In this document: one piece after another, positions 10,188 to 20,000 of the stretch | Layout of the letters: each line of letters opens with the position of its first letter | How positions within the stretch are numbered: the stretch's first letter is position 1 | Origin: Asterionella formosa | Lineage: Eukaryota | DNA length: 20,000 nucleotides | Direction of reading: 5' to 3' | NCBI GenBank assembly: GCA_002256025.1 | Contig: NKIB01013045.1 | Location: 44,938-64,937 of the forward strand | Position numbers and translations under genes: made by a program | Notes under the pieces: generated by a model | What the model saw: the letters and a program-made list of their open reading frames with translations, nothing else | What the model was told of the DNA's origin: nothing | The model's database searches: none

Positions 10188-11258
10188 AAATCGATCACTA
10201 AGTAGACAGATAAGTGGTAGACATTGTTTGCGTTGGACTGTAGGTGTTTTTAAAAGTGAAGAAGGCAACCGTGAACCAAAGGCGCAAAGGAGTGGTCGCA
10301 ATTGAATCGAGGCCCTGAAGGGGTGGGGCGTCAGCAAAGAATGGTAGTGTGTAACGTCGCCAGATGACGCGATTGGAAGAAGCAGTTGCTTTGGTTTCTT
10401 GGGCGAAATCCATCAAGATTCCCAAGTGCGGGAAAAAGTTCCATTTTCTTATGCATGCAGTTTATGAGCCTGACACATTTACTGTACATATATACCGGTA
10501 GATGCTTCGTTCGCGCAACAGACGATGTTATGTGGATGGACTTTATTTATGTTCATGGCAATACCAGGTATTATGTACTCTAGCGGATAGATGAATGACC
10601 AAAACATGTGTATGCATAACGAAAAGTATAAATACGTGTTCTTTTCCGCTGGAAGTTATTGCCCTTGTGACGAATGTCATGCACGAATGTGACTTGAAAA
10701 GGTAAAACCTAACGAAAAAAGCAACAGGGAGTTATATCAAAAGGGCAATTGTCCAACGCATAGGAACGAGGACGCTGATGTCTGCGGCGAACTGGCAAGC
10801 AATGGCGCAATGAACTTAATAGCGACCCTGCAAATAATCCATGGCAATCAATCCATGACTACCATTTCCTTTTGAATGAACGAATCAGCAAAAATTGATC
10901 CTTACAAGAGAAGTCTAATTGTTGGTCGAAACAGATCACTTTTGAAGAAAAGCGGGTGTGTGGGCAGAAGAAGTAACTTACGTTTCATGTGGATGCAGCA
11001 GGGGAGCGATATTCCGACGAGTTTTCTACCTTCTGTCTGGTAACTCATTCTACATTTATTTCGAAGGAGAAGCAAATTGCTCCCTTACCTCAAACTGGAT
11101 TGAAATATCATTTACGGCTAATCGCATTTATTCTTCCAGCACATGACATGTTTTTCCATCATTTCCGGTTGAAAAGAAACCAACAAAGAATATAATGCGA
11201 GCCAAAAGGAGTGCATAATACTGTTTGTTTGTGCTGAGGTGTTGCAGTACATACTACA

Positions 11259-11303
11259 TGGTACCAGGGTACCGGTACCAGGTACCCTGGCTGGTAACGG
11301 TAT
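11259..11303. repeat. Short GGTACC cluster
   Basis: tggtaccagggtaccggtaccaggtaccctgg read directly. Confidence 0.85.
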
Positions 11304-13544
11304 GTAGAGGGGCAATAGTCGACTGTAGATGCAGGGACTTTAAGGCGATGATTCTCCTGCGCGCAGATGAAAATATCAAACTGAATGTATCATAATAGCG
11401 GTACATACATATTATTTAGTACTCGCAGCATTATATACCGTAGCATATTAGCCGGCAATGTTTTGTGGAAGAAATGTGTGCATACAATATGATGCTGTGT
11501 TCTCCTTCATGGTCCCAGCAAAAACTGCCTTGACCCATTTAGAATATTTTTGTACTGCTGCTCTGATGCATTGAAAACAGAATAACATGTTTTGCTATCA
11601 AAAAAGTAAATTCTGTGAGTACTGGTGCTGGCACAGCTCTTTCCTGAGCGTGTCCTGGTGTCTAGTCAGCTATGTAATGTGGTTGAGCTTTAAAGCCCCC
11701 ACCTGTTCATGCATCTCGATTTATTGCCTAGAAGGGAGAAGTAGCATTGACCCATTGAAATCAATGTCTACTAGCTGGTATTAATTATCATATTCTCAGA
11801 GGTAAGCTTTCAATAAAAATTTGAATGCAACAGCCGGCTTGATAAATGCAGCTCTGACACTTCTAAATGAATGTTTCTAAAATTATCGATAATTTGCTTA
11901 CCTCGATTTGGAGGATTCCAACAAAAAACCTAACTCAATGGGTCAAAGCAGTTTAAAAAAGGCTGCTGGAAGAACCTACTGAGTTCTCCCATTTGCTTGA
12001 TTACTTCGACTAGAATTATTTCATGCTTTGTGAGAACAAAATTTAGGACTTGGTAACCAAAGGTGTCAGCAAGTTTGGGAACAGCCATGTTGAGATTCTC
12101 ATTGAATGTTGAATACATTCGACGTTTATAGCTGTATGGGTCACAGCAGTACTTCCTTTTTGTATAAAATCATAGATAATTTAACATACCATCATATTGA
12201 TGAAACCCCATTACAAGTTCGACTTTTGTCAAAGTATTTTGAAGATGATTCGCCCGAAAATACCAGTATGGCCAAGAATTTGTAAGAAATCCTTGAACTG
12301 ATCAAAATCACGACACCATTGTTACTAGTATCATCATCCCCCAGCAGCTGCTCCTGACCTCATTCCATTCCATCCCATTCTTCATGGCAGCAAGTCTACA
12401 AGTACCATGACAATTAATTCTGCCTAGTTGTGGTCATATTTGCATCCCCATTGCACTTGCTTGTACCAAGTCACCATTGTTCTCAGTTCAGCTGCATGGT
12501 AGCTAGCGGCTTAATTTCCAGTTCCTCCGACCAGGAGCGAATTAAAACCATCGTTTTGAATTGATCATCTCTAACTTATATGAACAAATCGACAACTGTC
12601 ATTTTTATAATTACAAAGTAATTGCATCAATTCAGCAAAATATTCTTATACTGAGCATGATTCCAACTAAAGGCAAAAATTGCTGAGCAGTCCATTCTGT
12701 GTTTGGTACACTGGTAGTCTGTTCTGGAATCACTGGTCTCGCATTTACAAAAAAATTACCATGAACCAGAGAGTGTTTGTAGTAACTATGATGAAAGGGA
12801 GGAAGAATTAAAAACAAGAGGATGGGTTTGGCTGTACTACTAGTAAATATAATGAACGAGAGGAGGCATAACAAACAAGAGGAACCTGCATAACTGTAAA
12901 ATTTTTAAACTGTTTGTAAACATAGTTAGTTATACTACTCTGTCAGGCAAACAATCTTAAAAAAAATATCAGATCACACCACACTACAATTCGTTACACT
13001 ATTTTTTGCACAAATTCATTTGTGATTTCAGATTGCTCCCACTATCATACTGATAGTTGATGTTAGCTACTACTCCTACTTCACATGAGAACAGATGATT
13101 CTAGTCTGTTTTTACCATCCTACAATGTTATAATATTTGTCATCAATGATGGTGTACATATTTTTGAGCAGCGTAATCTCGACCAGCCTTTTCAAAAAGT
13201 AGAACACATAAAAACTTGTTATTGAATTTTATGATTCTATAGAAGTAGCGCTCGGGCTACTAGTTCGCAACTACCCTAGTAACTAGACAGCAATAGTGAA
13301 ACACGAATATCCTCAAAAAGCAAATCTCCGAGTTTCATACCACCAAATCAAACATGTATATCAAATCTGTTGTACGTACGAGCTGTATTGAGAAATAATC
13401 ACCACCTTCTATCAAGCCATGTTTTTGGATTGATCAATTAGCTCACTTTGATCCTTAAATTTCTGTTTCCCATCTCTGACATGAGACTCCCACCAAGAAA
13501 TTGAGTTTTATAGCTTTGTATCATCGATTTCGACCCGAAAATTG

Positions 13545-16491
13545 TTATGATAGCTTATCAGCTTCTACCATTGCCATCAACTCTTCACAGACCTCTTTCA
13601 AATCTTTATTCTCTAACACTAGCTTCTCCTTTTCTGCAACAATAGATCCTAAGCTAAGATGTGCTGCTTTGCAGTTTTCATTAGACTCGTCAAGCTTCGT
13701 TTGCATGTCTCTTTGAGTAGCATTCAGCCTCTCGACAACTATAGTGTATTCCTGGACTTTTCTGGCTGAGTTCGCCTCATTTGTTGCAATGACTAAAATA
13801 GATTGAGTGAGATTTAAAACAAAAAAGCCATCACGAAGAAGTATGCTTACCAGCCTTTGCTTGAGCTAATTCTGCCGCCATATCCATCTCTTTGGTTGCT
13901 TGTTCCTTCCGCGCCACTTCAAGTATTATGCTCATAGCCTGTATTTCACGTTCTGCCTTCCCTAATCTAGCTACTGTCAATTCGAACTCTGATTTGAGGC
14001 GCAAGTATTCCACATTAGCTTTGGCAAACTGCTCCTCAGCTGCAGCAATCATTTCTGCTCTGACCTCGTCTCGAGCCTCGTGGCGCTTCCGTTTCTCGTC
14101 ATCCATCGCCTTCTTGTGTTCAAGTTTAGATCGTTCCCATGAGCCTAACAACGTCGAATATTGAATTTTCGTCAAGTTTGCCTCTTCTGTCGCCGCCTTT
14201 AACGCATCAACATATGTTTGATGCTCGGCATCTAGCTCACTACTTCGACTGGTGGCTTCGGCTAACTGAGTTCCAAGTGCGGCAATAATTGCGTCCTTTT
14301 GCTTCATCTTGGTTTCCAGGGCGATAGACACTTTCTTGTTCTCTGCTTCAACCAAGTCTAGCTGAGAAATTAATTCATCAATCTCACCGGTGTGCTCCTT
14401 ACGTAATTCTTGCACTCGCGTTTGTGAATCACTGTGGGCCCGCTCATTGTCAGCCTCCAACTTAGACACTAGATCAATGAGTTCTTTCTCACGAATGCTG
14501 GGTTCTAAATGTTGTGAAAGGGCTTCAACCTTTTCGCATTCCAGTTGTACCCTCAAAAGGCCGAGCTGCGTCTCTAATTCAACCTTCGACTGCAGTCTCT
14601 CAGCCTCATGCTGTGCTAACATCTTATCGATTTGAGTTGAATAATCTGCGGACAAAGATAGCAGTTTACTCTCAAGTACTTGAATTTTCTTGTGACTTTC
14701 GCGCTTCTCGTCGTCACATTGGGTGAAATAGGAACTGTGTGCTTCATCAAACTTGGCCTTCATTCGTGCTACCTCGTCCATGTGAAACATCTCCATTTTC
14801 TCAATAGCAGCAGCTTCTATGGCACTGGAAGTAGAAGCTTTCTCCACTAAATGATTGATTCTCTCTTGCAACTCCTTCCTCTCCACCTCGAACGCATCGA
14901 CCAGTGATTGTCTCGCTGTTGCGAGTTCAGTCACCACAGTATGCATTTCAGCTTTATATTTAGCATCGGCCAACATGCGCTGTGAATTATAATCATCGTG
15001 TAACTGACTGATTTGCACTTCGTATTGCATCTGCAAATCGTTTCGAACTTGCTTTTCCTGTGAAAGGAGATCATCAATCGAGGAACGAAGTTGCTGGATG
15101 TCTAACTTCAACTCCTCCGCCTCTGCATTCATTCGATGGGCTTCTTCGACATGAATGGCCACTACATTTTTTAGTTCGGTATTCAGCTCGCTGATGTCGT
15201 GAGCGTATTTTGTATTCGCCCTATTATTCAGGGACTCCACCTCATTTTGATGCATACTTGAAATACTGGCAATAGCCTCCTCGTGCTTAAAGCGAAGTAG
15301 ATTTAACTCATGATCAAGACTCAATGAACACTCTAGCTCCAGAGCTTTCTTCACATTTTCTATCGCGATTTTGTGTTCAGAGTCACATTTACTACGTTGG
15401 TTTGTATGATAGTCTTCAATTTCCTGGATGGCTATTCCATGCTCAGCTTTCATCAACACAATTCCTTCCCCGGTATTTTTCTCCAAAAGATCTATCTTTG
15501 CTTGCAGCCCCTGAATAACGTTAGCACTGTTACCTTTGAAAGTGGTATGTTCCAGCTCCAGCTCCGCGACACGATCTTTAAGGTCTCGATTTTCAGTCTC
15601 AAAACAATTCTTCATGTGATCCGATGCGTTTTGGAGATCAGCCACCTTGGATTTTTGTTGGTTAACTAATTCTTCAACCATATTTTCATAGTTGCTATGC
15701 GCGAGTTTGACCATCATCTCCATCTCTTCAACAATCTCCCGTTCCAATTCAGCTTTTCGGGCCTCCACCAAGGTATCCATTTGGGATTGAAGCTTTGCTA
15801 CTTCTTCCTCGTGCTCAGCACTCCAAGCAGCACCATGTTTCTCCAATTCTTCTTGTGCTTCTTTCTGCACTCGCTCGGTGATTTCCTTCTCAAATTCTTG
15901 CTTTGCTTGTTCGATCCATAATTTTTTGGTCCTCTCAAGAGCTTCGTCCATCTTGGCTTGTATTTGCACCGACGGTGAGCTTGACCGCTCCTCACTATCA
16001 CTGAACTGAAAGTTTTCATTTCCAATTCGAATTGGATTGAAGCGTTCGCAAAAGTCATCGGGCAAAAATGCAGTGTCGTCAAAGCCAACTAAAGCTTCTG
16101 ATGAGGCTGAAGCCTGGACCTTCAGTTCTCCGTCAAAGCTGTCATAGGCATCGTAGAATTTCTGAGAGGATTGATTCGGGTCAACTTTGAGTCGAGAGAG
16201 AGCTGGAGTAGGAATGGCCAAACCTGGGGTCTTCATGGCAAACGAAGATTTATGTTGCGACGGAGTGGAGACTTGGAAATGTCGTTGGAGGTCATCCTTG
16301 GTGTGGGGCGATTCCCAACTTGATGCTATTGACGTCGTGTCATCGGACATTGTAAGATCAAGTTTGATACCTTGATTATCATTATTTTCATCCATGACGC
16401 CCCTGAGCAAGTTTGTTTGACTCTTTCGAGCTCTAAGTCTTGCAGGTGACCCAGTGAGCAAAGATTCAATCATTTCCAAATCACGATCCAT
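13545..16491 (-). CDS. Long acidic coiled-coil protein (~962 aa), complement(join(13545..13792,13851..16491)); C-terminus resembles the end of the TACC domain
   Basis: The 897-aa ORF of the track begins at a GTG; the first ATG is at 16491 (MDRDLEMIESLL). A phase-1 intron links it to a terminal exon reading VIATNEANSARKVQEY...EKEKLVLENKDLKEVCEELMAMVEADKLS*. The N-terminus is Ser/Thr/Pro-rich and followed by several hundred residues of E/K/Q/L-rich heptads. Confidence 0.88.
13793..13850 (-). other. Spliceosomal intron of the - strand coiled-coil gene (58 bp, phase 1)
   Basis: Minus-strand donor G|GTAAGC and acceptor TATTTTAG|TC. Splicing opens an 82-codon terminal exon that continues the coiled coil. 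Confidence 0.85.
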
Positions 16492-16735
16492 TCGCTTTAG
16501 CTTAGGTATATTGCTGATGACCACGACGCGGTGTTTGATTTGAGGATGTATGAATAAATAAACTAATGGAAGTCAAAATGAAAGATTCACAATCTCAAAA
16601 TCGTTGTATGGATGGTGCTCAAACTTAACAATAGAGTCGCTTCTTTTCCATGGTCGCATCCATGCATGGGCGATCGATAGTAAAATAAAATTTAAAATCG
16701 GAACATTATCAGCAATGCTACGACTGCTGAATGTA

Positions 16736-17346
16736 TATACCGGTACCGGTTTTTGTAAAAATTATCCGGAATGTACACCAAACACCTACCTGTACCTGTT
16801 TACATGTTGCTTGCTTCTACCACTTTGCCTCCGGCAGTGATACCGGTAGGACCTAGTGCCGGTATAACGGTACCAGGTAACTGTATATCATACCTGCACT
16901 TGCCGCCGGGTCTCTCAACTGTGCTACCGGTAACGTCGTAATCATAACGACAGAAAAAAAACTCGGTACCGGGTACCTGGTAACTGGTATCTGGTAACAT
17001 ACCTGTTACCAGGTACCCGTTGCGGTACCAGGTACGAGGTACCGGTACCTGGTACCAGGTACCGAAGAATGACCTTGGTAACAGGTACTCTGCTAACCAT
17101 CAGGTACCTGGTACCAGGTACTCCTGGTATGGTACTCTACATACCTGATAATCGGTAGAAACAGGATCATACTGGTATGCATACCACCGTTGCCGTGTTA
17201 AATACCGGTACAATCATTTACCGGTGTATGTACTGTAACCGACAAAATATTTCAAAATTACAAAACTGTTGTGACTTGCTTGCTTGTTCGTTGCTGTGTA
17301 CATTCGTCGTCCGCCAAAATGCGCTGGTATGTCTTATGTACCGGTA
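16736..17346. repeat. Degenerate GGTACC/TACCAGGTA/TACCGGTA-rich tract upstream of the - strand gene
   Basis: Dense runs such as ggtaccggtacctggtaccaggtacc (17038-17063) and caggtacctggtaccaggtac (17101-17121). Confidence 0.88.
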
Positions 17347-17563
17347 TACCTTATAATTCATTGTCCTGGCCATTCACTTATTAAGGTTGCGGCCCCGGCT
17401 TAACCCTAGTTCGGAGAAAATATCGCTAGGGTTGTAAAAACGGCGTGGAACAGGGAGTTTCCTGCTACGAATTCTCATGATTCGAGTGTCCATTTGAATA
17501 TTTGAATTAAATAGGAATCGGCGCCAGATTGATAGAATTCCATTAAAAAATGATATTCAAACA

Positions 17564-17726
17564 TTTATACTATTTCGACGTTGCTGAATGTAGACATAAT
17601 TTTACTCAACGCCAAAACACATACATAAATTGGGAGTATTCCAACATGTATGCTCATGGCTCTTGTTTATGCGTTTATATTGAATCTACGTTGCTGAATG
17701 TAGTTTCAATATCACTTAACGCACAA
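17564..17726. repeat. Two diverged ~50-bp direct repeats 110 bp apart, each an imperfect palindrome
   Basis: Identical core ACGTTGCTGAATGTAG at 17578 and 17688, with similar flanks (TTTATA.T upstream, AAT.T.ACT.AACGC downstream). Confidence 0.75.
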
Positions 17727-18090
17727 AGGTATATACCGGTGTGTGAATCAGTACCAGTACCGGAGTCCCAGAGTAATGGTATTTCGGTACTCGGAGTACC
17801 AGGTAGTACACAATATTGGTTCATCATGATGGAGGACAGGATGTACTACTGGTGGTAGTACCGTTACTGATTTTACCAACCAGGATTCAAAACATCTAAT
17901 ACGTGTGGTTCAAGTGTGGCTGGCGAGATTATACTACCGGTAGAACGGGATACTTCAGCGAATCTGAAGCAGGTGAATAAATTAAATTCAACCAATCAGA
18001 ATATGTGTAGTGAAGCGGGAACTTACCCTGGAGTCTTTTCGGACTAAGAATTATTCAGCGAAACATCCCTACACAAGACACCAAGTATAC

Positions 18091-18510
18091 GAGAACGTTT
18101 TTGCACGTAGAAATTCTGATTCCAATATTTTGGCGACTGTTGAAAGAGCCGATCGGGTCGACTTTTTGGAGGAGGATTGCTCTACATCTACCGGTATGGG
18201 GTTTCATGAAGAATGAAATAGATAGCCGTGTACCCTATAACGTGAGGAGTTAACTTCTGCAAAGAAGTGGCAGTTATCCCTCGTAGATATTTTCAAAAGC
18301 TTGATGGCCCCCTTTTTTGACTATTTTTGGATAGTTATGATTCCAAGAGAGATAACTGCCACTTCTCTCCAGAAATTAGGTCCTTGCCATATCTGAATAT
18401 AGATCATAGCCCTAAGTCGAGGAATGACTGTATCTAAGCATATGCAAAGTGGTCGTCTTGGTGAAAGCTAATTGTACCTTTAACTATTTTATTTCGTTGC
18501 GAGTACTGTG
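18091..18510. mobile_element. Dispersed repeat copy B with a central ~43-bp imperfect inverted repeat (18245..18287 / 18342..18384)
   Basis: Same orientation and arm spacing as copy A (314 vs 322 bp). Stem core AGAAGTGGCAGTTATC pairs perfectly with GATAACTGCCACTTCT. Confidence 0.65.
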
Positions 18511-19469
18511 TAGATTAAAGTACACAATAAAATTAGGAAAAAGATATTTTGTCCCCCTATTTCGATATTTCGTCCCCCTCTTTTTATAAACCCTTAAACC
18601 CTAGCCTACATAGCCTTCATATAAACCACCAATTATTTTTTGCTAGTACACGGAAATCAGTTGGCTTGATGACACTGCCGTGACAGCTGCTACTCATACT
18701 ACACATGCACATCATTGTGTTCAAATTGACTCTGATGGCCTCAACCAAAGCAGTCAGAGCCTATTGAGGACAATACAGAGGAGGGACTGGACGGCTCTGT
18801 ACAGGTGTTCTACGGCGCTGTAATTCGAAGATACAGAGCGCATTTGTGCACTTGAATAATCACCCCTCGACCCTCAGTCTACATCATGTTAAGGCGAGAT
18901 AATTGTGGAGTTCATCATCTTTGCTGGCTTCCATTAAAAGACCAACAGAGGGAAAGCGACGGTACCTTGTCCACCGAAAATTCAATTGAGCAGAAACCAG
19001 ACCAACGAATCTTGGAAGTTGCATCTTGGGCTTGTCAGGTATTAACTCTCTCCAATCTATCTGGTACTATTAGTACCATATTGTGATGTAGTCCCCTCTC
19101 TGCTGCTGCGACAACTAGCAACTTTACCATAGTATGAATTCTAGCAAATGACAAATATAAATTTAAGTATGATTACTACCATATTTTGATCTGTAGACTA
19201 CCATGATAATCATTGCAATAAATGTGTACTGAAGTGTCTAAACTAGCTATCCCCAATCATCAACTGTTACCCTGATTGCCAAATTGTTAATCCCAAACTT
19301 CATGCCACGAAGGCCTGACAGATCACTCCAAAATATTTTTTCTAAGACTTGACCCTTTAAAATTGAAAGCATGAATCATATGTTTGATTTAAAATAATGG
19401 CAATTCTATACAGCTTACAAGGGTATCCTGCTTATGCATAGCGCAATAACTGTGATTTGCCCCTGGATT

Positions 19470-19870
19470 TCAGGAATATTGAGCAATTCTTTGTTCAGGA
19501 CTTAAACAGAGCAGATACACCTTCATAAGCTTTGTTAGCCATCCAACCTTGTCACACACTTCTGTAAATTTTTCCAACATATTGTGGTATTTTGATATAG
19601 GTACCTGAACACCAAACACTGTTTGACCAGACTTCCAGATCATGTCGATTTCAGGAAAATTGAAGTTTTGCGTTACATACATTCCATCCATTGCCATGAT
19701 ATTTTTCGGTAACTCATTTGAGGGAAAGGTTTCAATCAGATTGTATTCGTCCAAAGACAAAAACTCTCCAAAGCAACATTTACATTGAGTGAAAAGCGAT
19801 TCATCGCAATGAGCTCAAAAATCCAACCATGACCATGTGCATCATTTTTCAATGTCCTTCCAAAAGAAAA
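19470..19870 (-). pseudogene. Frameshifted relic of a Crinkler/RHS-type effector C-terminal restriction-endonuclease-fold (PD-(D/E)XK-like) domain
   Basis: ORF 19760..19470 carries 'YVTQNFNFPEIDMIWKSGQTVFGVQVPISKYH', matching the NFPxID...QVTxxxxH pattern of these domains. The expected upstream helix 'GHGWIFELIAMNRF' (GWIFE at 19828-19814) is in a different frame, and there is no intact upstream ORF. Confidence 0.6.
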
Positions 19871-20000
19871 TGTAATAGCCTACTAACCCCAAAAGATATA
19901 AAGGCTTCAATTTATAAGCCTCCACACCTTCATCAAAAAATGAATACTTCTTTCATAAAACACTCCATTTTCTGGTTCTGACAAAACACAACAAACAGCA

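Noticed and set aside
11930..12602. Possible decayed minus-strand gene with a 58-bp GT-AG intron-like segment (12132..12189)
   Set aside because: The fragments are broken by stops in the frames I tried and have no recognisable motif, so a call cannot be supported without a homology search.
16492..16524. GTG start of the 897-aa ORF
   Set aside because: The context is eukaryotic, so the first in-frame ATG at 16491 is preferred.

Overview
Eukaryotic genomic DNA with short GT-AG introns (58-83 bp) and intergenic GGTACC/TGGTACC-rich tracts, most consistent with a diatom or other stramenopile (inference). It holds two complete spliced genes facing each other. The + strand gene has 3 exons (3861..10187, about 2059 aa, mostly low-complexity, with a PEHE-like C-terminal motif). 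The - strand gene has 2 exons (16491..13545, about 962 aa, long coiled coil with a TACC-like C-terminus). The 5' end of a third gene runs off the left edge, and a frameshifted Crinkler/RHS-type restriction-endonuclease-fold relic lies at the right edge. Intergenic DNA is rich in repeats and possible transposon relics. The most striking item is a pair of diverged ~420-bp elements (2648..3080 and 18091..18510) that share conserved outer arms and a central fold-back whose stem sequence differs between copies but remains base-paired. No rRNA, intact tRNA or CRISPR array was seen. All family assignments rest on motif recognition by eye; no database search was run.
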